Source: Veleropilina oligotropha
Lineage: Eukaryota
Direction: 5' to 3'
Length of the DNA stretch: 64,000 nt
Assembly: GCA_048128005.1 (NCBI GenBank)
Contig: JBEUKZ010000127.1
Location: 372,001-436,000 of the forward strand
Part shown: positions 25,934-38,651 of the stretch, one piece after another
How the letters are laid out: each line of letters begins with the position of its first letter
How positions within the stretch are numbered: the stretch's first letter is position 1
Translations under genes and position numbers: made by a program
Notes under the pieces: model-generated
The model's input: only the letters and a program-made list of their open reading frames with translations
What the model was told of the DNA's origin: nothing
Databases searched by the model: none

Positions 25934-26810
25934 TTAAAATTGCAGTTGTATAATACGGTATTGGTACCACACAAGATAGAATTGATCTTTCGGAGCATGA
26001 AACAATATCGTAAGGTCCCCATTGCTTGAATGAATGCAAATTTCTTTGCCTGAAAAAAAACCCAGATGAGAAAATATAAAACAGTAATATACTTTTAAAA
26101 ATATATAATCTAAGATTGAGATCAATATTTTCTAATATATGTTTAAAAGGAAGTTGGCGAAAATTTGCAGTAATAATTATAACAGTATATTAATTACAAT
26201 GTTAAACGGTAACAGGCACATCACACAATGAAAAAAATAACAAAAATTTTAACACTTTATTGGTTGATACAAAGCTATTAATTAAGTCAGCCAAGACATA
26301 ATGTATACGCAAATACTTACCGTCGGCAAAGTGCTGGTCGTTGTACCCTTTTACTACTTCCATGGGAACAGATGATGGCGTCGAAAACTCACTGCTGATA
26401 CACACCACATAATCTTTGTGCAGAGGGGTGCCGAACTCAACCCGTAAAGATCCACGAGGATAGTTCCAGTAAATGCTTCCGCCTTTGCAGGATACGTTGA
26501 CTTTTAAGTCGATGACTTGGTCAAATCCTGGCCCACTAAAATAAAATAAATGGTATGATGACTAGTAATAACAGCTAAATGATCTTTATTCTATGTAGAA
26601 AGCCTTTCACTTATAAACATATTGATTTTCCAATCATAATTATGTTAGTAATGAGCATTCATTTAGATTAAAACTGACACAAATGATCCGATGACGACTT
26701 TCAACATATATAAGTACTTACGGATTAGGATACAGGGTGCAAGGATCGTTCCAAGGAAACCCATTTGCTGCCAACACCGTTACAATCAGAATGAAAACTG
26801 AAGAATTCAT
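25934..26810 (-). CDS. secreted 139-aa protein consisting only of a Meteorin/METRNL-like N-terminal (CUB-like) domain (gene A)
   Basis: Exons 26810-26722, 26535-26321 and 26049-25934 (GT-AG, phases 2 and 1). Product: MNSSVFILIVTVLAANGFPWNDPCTLYPNPGPGFDQVIDLKVNVSCKGGSIYWNYPRGSLRVEFGTPLHKDYVVCISSEFSTPSSVPMEVVKGYNDQHFADGKEICIHSSNGDLTILFHAPKDQFYLVWYQYRIIQLQF*. Signal peptide, 4 Cys, CxxGxxxWxYPxGxLxV motif, AATAAA at 25909-25904. Gene model strong; family call from remembered motif. Confidence 0.85.
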
Positions 26811-27419
26811 TGTTGCCTGTGACCAGAGCGTTAACTACGTTATGATAGTCAAATGTTCCTAGCATTTACGCCGAACTTGTTGATATCAGCATAATCTGAA
26901 AATCGATAACTTTCGACACGTCTAACTTTGGACGGCGCACATTTATTTCTTATCTTAAAATCACCTGGTATTTTTGTCCATCTGCTATATAAATCATGAA
27001 ATCCATGATTTACCATTGTTTGATATTATCCAATTGCGCACTTGCACAGTAACACTATTTCGAAGTAAATGTAAATATATATATTATATATGATATAATA
27101 TTCATTCGACTGCGAGTTTTTGCAGCCATCAGATTCACACCATGCATGTCCATATTATTGTGGAAAGAAAGCCCGCCCAGTCCCACCCTCTCCAGAAAAG
27201 TTATGGACAACTCTGGCTGTTACCTGAACAGAGTGCCCCGTCGATGAGTCTAACTCACCTTGTTTTACATAGCCGTCAAGCCAGTGAATTGGGTGCACAT
27301 TATCCGATGCACTAGACGTTCGTGCGCATACAACAACTGGGAATTGAAACGTGTAATAGAGGTTTACATAATGATGTGCCTGCTTATATGCACAGCATTG
27401 TAAACCGCAATGATCGTAA

Positions 27420-28010
27420 TTACTCTTTCAGACACAAACTGAATTTTGGTGTTCCCAGGGTAGAAGATATCAGGTATGTTTCATCTTCACTCAGGTACAG
27501 CTTTGAACAAGGAAGGGGTTGAATATCTCTAGTGTCTTTCTTTTTATACCTTACACGTGCTTCCAATTGTTGACCTGATGTGCCCTGGATGACCTACTCA
27601 CATGCTACGGATGATATCTGACAATAATTTTATCTTCTGCTTATATCGTATTTATAACACGATGCTGTTACTTTACCTTTTTTTTATTATTTCCATGTAG
27701 GTGTAAATATTGTCATAATATTTCTTGTTTTACCCCTTACATTATGCAGACATTTATATATCTTTCGTTAATTTTAATAATTGTTCTACCTATCTAAAAC
27801 AAGAAATAACGTATGAAGAGCTAAAAAGTACAAATCTGAAAGTAATTCTTTAAGTCGGGAAAAGAAATCCGTCAAACATTACTTTGTTTGAGGAATGCAT
27901 AAATGATTCTTACCCACGGTCAATAGCTGGTCATTGTTCCCTTTGACTACGAATCGAAGGCGTTGAGGAAAATTGACGGACGACTCACACTCCTCATAAC
28001 CCGATATTGA
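27420..28010 (-). pseudogene. decayed exons with NTR (netrin/TIMP-like) domain features
   Basis: A segment ending at donor 27914/gtaag reads ...FVVKGNNDQLLTV. Exon 27617-27420 reads ISSVACE*VIQGTSGQQLEARVRYKKKDTRDIQPLPCSKLYLSEDETYLISSTLGTPKFSLCLKE*. FVVKG, VxxVxxG and CxxLxxxxxYLI are NTR-like. It has an in-frame TAG and a phase mismatch. Confidence 0.4.
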
Positions 28011-28451
28011 TATTTTTGTACCATTGTTAGACATTTCTTAGCGCAACAAAACTTCTGTTGTCAAAAATGGGTATGGCTACTAAGTATCATGATAGCATAC
28101 CCAACCTCGCCATACATCTAATAAGGCAAGAAATGTGGTCCTGGTCGGCCGGGAAAACCCGACTTCTCCGGACAGTTATGGACAAGATTAATGTGACTGG
28201 TAACTGAACAAATAATGTCATTGCCCAAACCGAGTTTCGAACAGACTCCTGTTAGTCAGAGCGGTCAAGCCAGTGATTTGGCACACGAGACCACACGGGA
28301 CCACACGAGACCACACGGATACCGGAGGGGTCACCCAAAGTATTATGACAGAGTGAATGCAGCTTTATTTGGGGTTTTACTTCCCATAGTCTCCAGCTAT
28401 AGATATTGTGGTAACATAAGAAATAATAACTTCTGTTATTCAGTGTGGCCA

Positions 28452-30057
28452 ATGTTCGTTGCCATGTTTTCATGTATAAATCTTTAGGTTCTGCCGGTGC
28501 ACTTAACATACAGATCAATGTAGGATTACGCCAGATCTGTAAATGTGAGAAGGACTGGGACTGATTTCTAAATGCTTCAATACATATTATAAATTAGGAA
28601 ACTATTGTTCAGATAAATAGCGTTTTAGACCTTACAAGGCGTATGTGTTATTAAATAATTTTATCTGACAATTTTAACTTTGTTTTAACACTGAAATTGT
28701 TACAGTGACCCGTCGACAAATTCAGTTATGACAGCAAACAACAACGAGGAGTGTGACGAAGGAAATGTGTTGTGGAATTACCCACAAGGGTCGCTGCGGG
28801 TCAGCTTCCGGTCAAGAATTTTCATCGACTATATTATCTGCTTTACTGATGGGTTACGACGAAATCATGTACAGTACCAAACACTCGTTGGCAGCCGAGA
28901 TATTGTTCACGACAATCGTAAGTGTAAACAAGGAGATAAGCGAACCCACACGCATAATATCACGTGTTCCAAGGACATCGATGCTTGGGGATGCCTATTT
29001 CGCATCGTATGTGACAATTTCATGGCTTATGCGAGCATTTATTTAAGGCTAGGAGTCGATTTTTAAGGTATCGCAGGTGTATGATCTGAAATGATATATA
29101 TATTATTTTATATTAATTTCATTTTTCAATTCGGAAGGACCGAGTGCTCTCTGATCTCGTATCAACTGGGTATAAAGGCCACCGATCTCTTTCGCAACGC
29201 ATTACAAATTATTTTTACAACGCCTAGACAAAACGCTATTCCACATGTGGCGTTCAAAGAGATTGTTAATATTATAACTGACCTCTTCCGATCACAAAAT
29301 AGGATTCATGTAAAAAACCAAGATGAATAGCAATGTTACCCGCGACATCAAAATAGCAAATTACATGTCAGATTCATCAATACGTCAAGGTTTTGATTGG
29401 TTATGCGTGCGAAAATTCACCTCTTATACGTACGTTATGTATGACAAAATTATACCTCAACTTTTAAAATAATCAGTTTATTACGGATGCGTATTAGCGC
29501 CACGGTGAGACATATTTTTATCTCCTCTGGAAGAGATAATAACTCCCCCGGAGGAGATAACTAACCCCTCCGGAGAGGATAGTATGTCACTCCGGAGGAG
29601 TTAGTAAAACAAATATCTCACCGTGGCCCAAATACGCTTCCGTAGTTTATTGTGTAATAACTTACTCAGTTTGTTGCATTTGACCTTACACTTTTCTTAT
29701 GCTTAGCGATCGCTTAAAATAAAGTACAGCATAAATCGAAATTTACAAAAGAGCGAAAATCAATATATTATATTTCGGATTCTTGTTTAAACCGGATGCA
29801 TAATATCCTGTTTACTTTGAAAATATCACACAATAAATGTTCGCATTAAAAAACTCAACGCCACAAGAAAACGTTAAATATTCGTAAAGTGCTATAATAT
29901 ACAGCGTTAATGATGATTCTACATTGTTTAGTCTTTTATTTTAGAAAACGAAACATGCGTGGACTCGGCTGATGGTCTCGTGGAAGTCCAATTCGACGCC
30001 CCACCAATGCTGATGTACATGACACTCACGGAGTACCGTATTATTCCACGTGAGTAA
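28452..30057 (+). CDS. Meteorin-N-domain-only paralog (gene B); exons 2-3 intact, exon 1 apparently disrupted or mis-modelled
   Basis: Exon 28706-28917: DPSTNSVMTANNNEECDEGNVLWNYPQGSLRVSFRSRIFIDYIICFTDGLRRNHVQYQTLVGSRDIVHDN. Exon 29945-30057: NETCVDSADGLVEVQFDAPPMLMYMTLTEYRIIPRE*. Intron phases match gene A. DQCRITPD(L) ends at a phase-2 donor at 28538, but the upstream signal-like MFVAMFSCINL* is out of frame. Confidence 0.72.
29482..29644. mobile_element. 163-bp MITE with TACGG...CCGTA termini and 6-bp target-site duplication
   Basis: TIRs tacggatgcgtattagcgccacggtgagacatattt / aaatatctcaccgtggcccaaatacgcttccgta. GTTTAT flanks both sides (29476-29481, 29645-29650). Internal ~21-bp subrepeats are built on ctccggag. 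Confidence 0.88.
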
Positions 30058-30717
30058 TCCACACTCACTCTGCGGGACCTTTGATGTGCTATGACAAATC
30101 GCGGCAACCGAAGACACCAAATAATTATTGTAATCAATGGTCAAATAAATATTAAAACGTAAGGACATGGTTTTTTTCTTTAGAAAACAAATAGTTATTG
30201 ACCTGTATCTGGGATGGCAATGACCCGATAATTTGTAAATTTTGAGCGCTGATTGATTTGTCAATCAAGCCTGCGATGTCCAATCCGGACAGCCGTGCAA
30301 ACACATCCATATACTAGTATTTGGCTGAAAGAGACAGCAAAGCCATATTTTGCTTACATTATGAATATATATCCACATAACCTTGAAGGTCTCTATCCTC
30401 CCAGACCAACATTTACGACATTGTTAAACCATATGTCTTCTAATATTTTATCTGTTTGAATGTGTCGTCGCCTGGGCTAGAACAAGAGTCCACCTAACAG
30501 CCTCGGTTGGTTATACGACGCGTCAACCAATCAGCATTCGAGGTCGCTGATGATGTACAACGTGCGTCACGTCGCTGCGTTGTAGTTATTTTGGTTGACA
30601 ATTATCAGATGAAAGCATGATTCTAGGGCTCGGATTTCTCAAACTGTAGTATGAATACACGGCAATTGTGGACATTTAACGTCACTGTCTTGCATTGTTG
30701 AAGTTTAATCGTTGTAT

Positions 30718-31741
30718 ATGGCACGTCGACGGTTATCAGAGCCCAAATATGGCTTATTATTGGTAGGCATTCGACAGACATGAGCTTCAAAAGTATAGGA
30801 CGTCACCTGAGGTATCATTATACCGTATTCAGCAGACTTATACGAACACACGGGCATACCAATGCTGTAAAGGATTGCCCATGGTCAGGGAGAACTCGCA
30901 TGACGTCAGAGTGCGAGAACAGGGCCCTGCTTCGGCTCGTACGTCGTCAACCCTTTGCAACGTCACCTGTTCTGAAGGGCCAATGGTTACCCCATAGACG
31001 GATGTAAAGCAGAACAGTGAGGAATCGTCTGAAATTAGCGGGAATGAAGGCCAGAAGGGTAAACCAGCGTTCCTTTCTTGCTGATCATCATCAGAGACCC
31101 CGTGTAGCTTGGTGTTTGGCCCGGAGAGGTTGGAATCTGAGGACCTGGCGAAAAGTGCATTGGTCCGACGAAAGCCGGTTCCTGTTCCATGTCACAGATG
31201 GCCGATTGAGAGTTTGGAGACATAACACTGCGGCCTATACACCCAGAAACATAATACCTACGATCCCGTATGGTTGAGGCTCAGTAATGGTTTGTGGTTG
31301 CCTGTCACAAGATTATAAGTTGGATCTTGTCACCATCCAAGTCAACGTCAATGGTGATCGTTACATTCGTAATGTCCTGAAACCTGTTGTTGTACCGCAT
31401 TGCGATAGCCATACACTCGCCACCAGACCTGTGTACATGGATTACAACGCTAGGCCAAGTCGTTCACGAGCAATAACAGCTTTTCTCCAAACTGAGGCAG
31501 TGAAGACCCTGCCCTGGCCTGCATTGAGTCGTAACCCCAACTCGATAAAGCATGTTTGGGACATCTTGGGGCGTCGATACAGGCACTGAATCCACCTGTA
31601 CAGACTCTGGCACAATTGGGGGTAGCTCTTCATCCGGAATGGCAGCAGTTTCTCATTCAGCAGGTCAGACGACTTACTGGATGGATGAGTCGAAGGGTGG
31701 AAGCTGTCATTCGGGCACGTGGCGGGTGTACCCGCTATTGA
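30718..31741 (+). mobile_element. Tc1-family (DD34E-type) transposase pseudogene
   Basis: Fragmented ORFs contain SGRTRMTS, WRKVHWSDESRF, MVCGCLS, YMDYNARP, LPWPALSRNPNSIKHVWDILGRR and AVIRARGGCTRY. Confidence 0.93.
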
Positions 31742-31839
31742 TGATTTGTGTCATGAACGTCATCTTTGGACCCTAAATGACATTTTTCATCACCAATCAC
31801 GATGTTCAATTGTGTTTCTGACTCTGCACCTTCAAACTT

Positions 31840-32470
31840 ATTGTGACTCCTTTTTTGGCTCAAACAGCAACGTACAAACCAACATTGGCAAGCAATTCCT
31901 AACGATAATGGACAAATGCTTCCCCAAAAAGCACAAGCTAAACAAAATATTCAACAGGCACACGCTCAAACTCAGGTACTCATGCATGCCCAACAAAAAT
32001 TCCATCGAAACACACAACAGAAAAATCATTAACCAAATCAGATCAAACCTGCAGCCCACCAAAACACATGCAACTGTAGAAATAAAGATGACTGCCCCTT
32101 GAAAACAAGTGCCTAACAAAGAGTATAATATACCAAGCAGCAGTAACAAGACAAGATAACAACGCAACAGAATCATACATTGGCCCGTGCCATACGGAGT
32201 TCAAAACCAGATTTAGAAACCACAAGGCATCTTTCAACCATGAAAACAAACGCCACCAAACGGAGCTAAGTAAGCATATCTGGCAACTAAAAGACAGAAA
32301 CATCAACTTTAAAATCAAATGGAAAGCATTAAAACAAGCAAAAGCATACTCGAACACCACTAAGACATGATAATTTGCAAACCAGAAACATGCACACTGA
32401 ACAAAAGAAACGAACTGGCCACATCTTGCAGACATAACAGAAAACACCTACTTAGCCAGGTGAAATAAAC
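31840..32470 (+). mobile_element. Penelope-like retroelement 3' fragment (GIY-YIG endonuclease)
   Basis: NVQTNIGKQFL...FPKKHKLNKIFNRHTLKLRYSCMPN, then CNCRNKDDCP, SIIYQAAV...SYIGPCHTEFKTRFRNHKASF...TELSKHIWQLK in shifted frames. Confidence 0.88.
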
Positions 32471-32583
32471 CTACTTTCATATATTTAAATTAACAAACAG
32501 AAAAAAACAACTAATTTCGGAAGTTTCGTATAAATAAACTAGCCACCTCTTTCAGACATAACAGAAAATTATATATAACTGAC

Positions 32584-33237
32584 CTGTCGCTTGTCCATGC
32601 TCCAGGTGGCCTTCTATGATCTTGTATTGTAGATGTAAATTAGTGGTGCATAATTTTAAGTCGTGGGTGTTTTGTGTATGAAAGTCAACTTTGAGGAAGC
32701 CCTGTGGATAGGGCCAAAGAACATCTCCACGAGTGCAGCTGGTATTACCGGTTATCGTCATCGTATATCCAGGTACAGGTCCCCTACAATAATAATTTAG
32801 TCTTTATGTAATTCACAAGCAGAATAAACGTGTATTAATATTGTACCGATGGCATCCTAACAATCAAAGTGCATTATCATGTAACTTTTATTAGTTGAGC
32901 CGTTTGTCTGTCTGTCTGTGTGGTGGTGTATGTCCACGATGACTTTACATGGCTCAACTATGCTTCCTCTCGGATGCGCTTGTTATTAGTTGAGAACATA
33001 GTGCACGGTATCGCGCTTGCATGACACCCGATTCACGTATATATTATTATCACTATCGACAGACATACAACAGTGGTTAGAATCTGAAAAATTCCCTTTC
33101 TTTAAATACAAGCACTTTTAATTTATTGACAATGAAAAAGCACTGTTTATCGGTGAGGATCTTACTGGAGCGTAGGCCTACACATAATACAAATCACAAA
33201 AGCAGATATTATGTTATTACTATCAACAACAGCCCAT
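32584..33237 (-). pseudogene. Meteorin-N-domain paralog C, copy 1 (exon 2 open, exon 1 frameshifted, no exon 3 found)
   Basis: Exon 32783-32584: GPVPGYTMTITGNTSCTRGDVLWPYPQGFLKVDFHTQNTHDLKLCTTNLHLQYKIIEGHLEHGQAT, phases 2/1 as in A and B. A hydrophobic exon-1-like segment at 33237-33166 ends ...MCRPTL CA/gtaaga but has no in-frame ATG. Confidence 0.75.
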
Positions 33238-33376
33238 GTTTCCTCTTACGAACGATGTTAACTCTTCTCATATATTTATTTTTTAATTGAAAGATAAAAG
33301 GTAAAGTATTCGAAAACAAACATAGGTTACGGTAAAATTAACAGTTTGTGGCCATACAAAGTTGTCTGGGTGTAAA

Positions 33377-36300
33377 TAGTCCGGGAGTCGCCAAATGAAA
33401 ATTGCAGTCAACCTTGTTTTGTCATATATATACACTTGTTTCATCGTTTCTATAGTAATTTGACCTGCTGAATCCGAATTCGATGAGGGCCAGATCAAAA
33501 TCCTTGAGCATTTTCGAGAAATGGCCAAATCCAAAATGGCCGCTGTCGCAACATGAAAATCTATTTATCTGTGGCTGGTGATGGTAAAATCTTGAAAGAA
33601 ATTATATTTCCTTTATTTTCAGATACAATGAATATAATATAATCCTCGTTAACGTAATCAATGATAATCTTCCAAAATGACGGCCGTATTTACATAATAA
33701 TCCAAGATGGCTGCCGCTACATAGTGAACATCTGTAAAAAGATATCAAGATGTAAACTTTAATAAGGGGTATTTTGTGTTCGGATATATATATGAAAATC
33801 GCAAATGCTACGATAGTACTAATTAGCTGTCATTATGTTAGACTTACATGTAAATGATGGAGTGTCTCTAATGTGACGTACAAATAAGCATACCCTCATT
33901 AAGTCGTCTATATTGAAGTTTGAGAAATGCAAATGACAAGTGTGTGAGATTTGAATATGGATTCAGTTATGTATAGGTTAGATGGCAGAATTTAGCGTCT
34001 TATCAAAATAGAAGGCAAATCCGTAGGACGAGCCTACTTTTTGATAAGGGGCTGCAATCTGCCGTCTAACCGACTTAGAAGCTCCATTTCATTTCTCCAC
34101 ACAAATTAATTCCTATTGTCAAATTTTATAAACTGTTTATATTTTCGAAACATATATTCATTACTAAATATTTAGCTTTTTTAACATTATATTAAGAAAA
34201 TGCATATGAAGATTATTACCTGTCACCCTATTCCTAATAATAGGTAAGGTATCGCGAACAAAAGACCTGGCAAGTGCCGACTTCAGCAATAAGTGACAAA
34301 TAATGCAGCTCTCTCATTGGCCGAGAAATGAAGTGGGCTTCTAAATAATGTATAGATAACATGGTTATATTTAAGGTGCTTTAATGTCACATAGAGATGT
34401 AATAATATATATATTGCACGAAAATTCCAAATGTACTTCAGACGATGAAACATGCTGACGACATTGCACACCATGGCGAAGCGTTTTGGGGAAACCATAT
34501 TTTACTAATCACCGAACAATATATTGTGTGGAGAAGCGTGCGAAGATTGGTGCCAACAAATATTCGGTTATAAGAAAGAGAATATTTGTCAACAGCAGGT
34601 AGAAGAGAATAGCGTATAGTTAAAGAAGCAATCCCCGCGAGAGCTAAGGCCAGATCATATGCTGCAATTGGAATACGTGATGTTGTATTTGAATCCAGTG
34701 ATTTGCACGCCGCTGAAGCACTTTACCTCAAAGACTACATTTGAAGATTTTTCACTAATTCACCTTCACATTCCAAAGCTGACGAAGACGATGACAAATC
34801 TTTGAATGCACAGGTGATGTCTGATTAATTAATTAATTACGTTGAACAGCTATATCAAATAACATTGCATGTCGACCTCTTTGCCCAATTCTTCCTTCGA
34901 CTTGAGGAATGCTTATGCTAATGAAATTTTAAATATGCTTAGTATGGTCTTTACTGCAACCGCTATATTCAATGCCTGCCCACTCCTTCCTCCAAAAGTT
35001 CATGAAAGGTGAACATCTCTTGTATCATCAAATTGGCGTATAGATTCATGAACGGTAGATAGGCTAATTTCTTCATTGAGACAGCACACACACGCACGTC
35101 ATTGACACGGTTCTTCTGATACCATCATATCGATTATCCACTTTGATTGAATCTACTCTTTTAATGTGGACACACTCTCCACTCTCTTGGACAGTTGGAA
35201 ACAGATTTGGAAGGACATAAAAAGTGACGAAGTACCACAAGAAGTCCGCTGACACAAAGAAAAGGAAAGGATCGAAGCTTAATGTCCAGTATATGCACAA
35301 CCATCGGGTTCAAAGCAAGACACGACTATATTATCGCGGAAGGAAATCCTGGTCTCCCGGGAAATCAGCCATCTCCGACTAGTTACGGACAACTGTGATT
35401 CATAACTGAACAAATAATGTCATTTCCCAACCGAGATTCGAACCACTACTGTTCGTGTCAGCGGAATTAAAGGCAGTGAGTTTTCGGAGTCCACAAACGA
35501 AACCACACGACTACATGTCGAAGCGGCCAACCAATACTTGAGGTCTGCATTCAAAGGTTTTTCGAACAGAGTGGGGAAATACGATGACCTTAACAGTCTG
35601 TTTTGAACAACAACGTAAAAGTTTAGCAAGGTATGCATAACAATTATCTTACCCATGACTGTTGTTAAGAGACGACAAAACACAAAATAGGAATAATTAT
35701 TATATTATGAATGTTTGGCATAAATCAAATTCAATGTCATGCATTGCTTTCACAAATTTTTTCAAAATACAATAATCATTTCATATATACATTATACATA
35801 ATATAACAATAAAGTAGACAAGTATGAAACTAGTAATATTATTATCTACAAATAAAACACGCATATATAAATTGTACAAAATAGCCTCTGACAAAATATG
35901 CATTTGACGTAAAAACATTATGTAATGTAACACAATAAGTTTATTTATTTGCGAAAAAAATTTCACCCTGACTATCGACGTCAATAAAATAAACTGAAGC
36001 GAGAAGAACTTTCGCGCCAACATTGACCAAGGGACAAAGAGATTAGGAGCCAATGATAAACAGTATAAATATAGTTATATTTGCATATATGACAAGCTGT
36101 TGCAACTATGTTGACGTCATTAAGTAATCGACCCAACGAGGACCTCGGTGATACATAACATAACACGACAACAATAGATATGCGAATTATTAATTTTTAT
36201 AATAAATTGACAAAAATTTACCAAGATGCATAATTAAATCCCTAACGGTGGTAATTCTCGGTGACCGTGTTTTTATATATGGTCATCCATTGGCAATCTT

Positions 36301-38066
36301 AACAACACAAATATCAGCCCAAGTGAATGTTTCCGTTGTCAGCCCCATGTTTTGTTTGATCGATACAATTCTTTGAGTGCCAAATCTGTTTAACATGTTT
36401 TAAAAACAACTTGCAGAACAAACTCTCAAAAGAGGCACCATTTCTTAAACAATACAAGGTCTGGAATGTCACTGATAACGAAGAATAAATCATAAAGAGT
36501 GCTGTCAACAGATCATGTGATATAACGGTACCTGATAACTTATTGTCACCGGATCTGATCCACATCCCATCGAAGTTGAAGTGGGACAACAACAATTTGC
36601 AGTAACACATGAAGAAGCGAATGTCATTATGATATATCTTACGATATATGCATATAGCAGGGCACTCACATATCAAAGTAGTTCTGGTGGCATGAATGTG
36701 CTTATTCTTATGATATATGCATATAGCAGGGCACTCACATATCAAAGTAATTATGGTGGCATGAATGTGCTTATTCTTTCTCATAGCTTGCATGCTCGAA
36801 CGAGCGGGAGTCCAGAAACACTCGAATTAATCTTGAGTCGTGTGCTAGAAATTGTGCTTTCATTAACAACAATGAACTCGCGTTGAATGGGGAAGGGTCA
36901 TGAATGCATTCGCACTACTGTACCACAAGTGCACATAATGCCAGGTCATCTGACCGCTCATTTTGGAGTTTTCAATATTGGAAATGGAGTTTTCAATATT
37001 CTATATGTACGCTGGATGCAGAACATCAATTTGTTCTTGCGATAAATATGCATTAGCTTGCTGTGAATTCAATAAATGCAAAAGTGAGTGACGACAAAAT
37101 CTAGTCCTGTACGCAAAGAAATATTTTCCACGTATGTGCTACTATTGAATATGATTTATTTCAATTTTGTGCTTTCGATCAAATATTTCGCAATGCCACA
37201 ATTTTAATTTGATTTTATGGGTCCATACGTTATGATGACCAACCATTCAGAAAAATGCAATAATCCGTTTTTAACAACATTTTAAAATATTCCATGATCA
37301 TCTATTAATATTTATAATATAGATTCTGTAACTAAATACCACTGCGGCAGACTGCCATCGTGATATATCTATTTTTGTATCTAATAATTGCTTCATGCGC
37401 AATCTTAGACAGCCGCCATGTTGGATTTTTACAAATTAGCACAGTTTGACGACTGTCACGCATCGATTTTGCGATCACCATTTAATCTAATGATTGTTTC
37501 GTTTGAATTTGTTTTATATGAAAACATATAAAAAGACATTTCATACATCTTTTGTTGTGTATGGTCTTAATGATATCAAAGTTATTAGATTTTATTTTTT
37601 TAGTGGCAGCCATCTATGCCAAATATGCTCAAGGTTTGGCGACTGGCACTCATCAGATTCGTGATCAGCACGTCAAAATCATACAGAAACAGTTGAAAAA
37701 GTTTATATATATAAACAAGAACGACGCGTTCGAAATATGTCTTGACCTTTCTTTATTTCCCTCAAATTTTCATAACAGTTAATACAATGGCTAAGTGCAA
37801 GTACTTCATGGCTTACATTACTACCCCGTCGATTATGACGTCACCAAATGACGATTAATCTAAAGCGACGTCATAATGACGTCATTGCTATTTGCTTGCA
37901 ATATTAGACATCAGTTACATACGAATATGGATTAAAGTGCTCAATAAATGCATATTTTTGCAAAATTGTGTCGCGAAAGTTATATACACGACCTACAAAT
38001 ACTCTTGGGAATGTGTGTACCAATTTTGGTGAAAATTGACCTGGTAGTTTTCAAATAAATCGACGG

Positions 38067-38133
<67 letters not shown>

Positions 38134-38222
38134 CTCACACGGACCATTTGATAATGTCTTGTCCTTTTTTCCAAAAAGGTCAAGACATAAAAACAAGGTA
38201 CCACCTCTTGACTCCCGGACTA
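33377..38222. mobile_element. Academ-like DNA transposon, decayed (copy 1)
   Basis: Termini TAGTCCGGGAGTC ... GACTCCCGGACTA, long imperfect subterminal IRs with caagatggccgc motifs, and a decayed coding remnant SDLHAAEALY near 34695. Superfamily assigned from remembered TAG...CTA termini. Confidence 0.65.
37714..38190 (-). mobile_element. HINE/Helentron-type element family 2, inserted in the Academ-like right end
   Basis: Subterminal IR tatgtcttgacctt/aaggtcaagacata, (TA)n core, 3' hairpin gaacgcgtcgttc-ttgtt. Absent from the paralogous site near 49465. Confidence 0.8.
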
Positions 38223-38527
38223 GAATGTCTAAGACCTTGGGTTGTTGGTGGTAAATAAGCTTATAATAATATGTATAACGACAGTCTAGTAAGTTTGATC
38301 ATGAATCACATACTGTAACTTTAATTTTTATAAGATAAGGACAATAATTATTTGCTAGTGGGGATATATGGTTCACATCAACTAAGGAACGTAAAATTAT
38401 ATGACATTAGAAAACACACCGCGTGTTCGACATAATGTTCCTTTAAACGTTTAAATCAATGATGATTTTTCTTGTTACATAAATTCCAAGTCAATTAGAT
38501 ATGTTATAATTTTAGCTCTCCTTTTTA

Positions 38528-38582
38528 TTATGTCTTGACCTTTTTGTAAAAAAGGACAAGACATTATCAAATGGTCCGTGTG

Positions 38583-38651
<69 letters not shown>

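Noticed and set aside
30205..30326. Possible exon 3 of paralog C copy 1 (tttcag...CAG/gtcaat on the minus strand)
   Set aside because: Immediate TAG in the required phase and no similarity to exon 3 of A or B.
35073..35300. ORF ending TCVCV resembling a cystine-knot/IL-17 C-terminus
   Set aside because: Lies inside the Academ-like element. The frame and the first Cys are not conserved in copies 2 and 3 (indel; AYVC).
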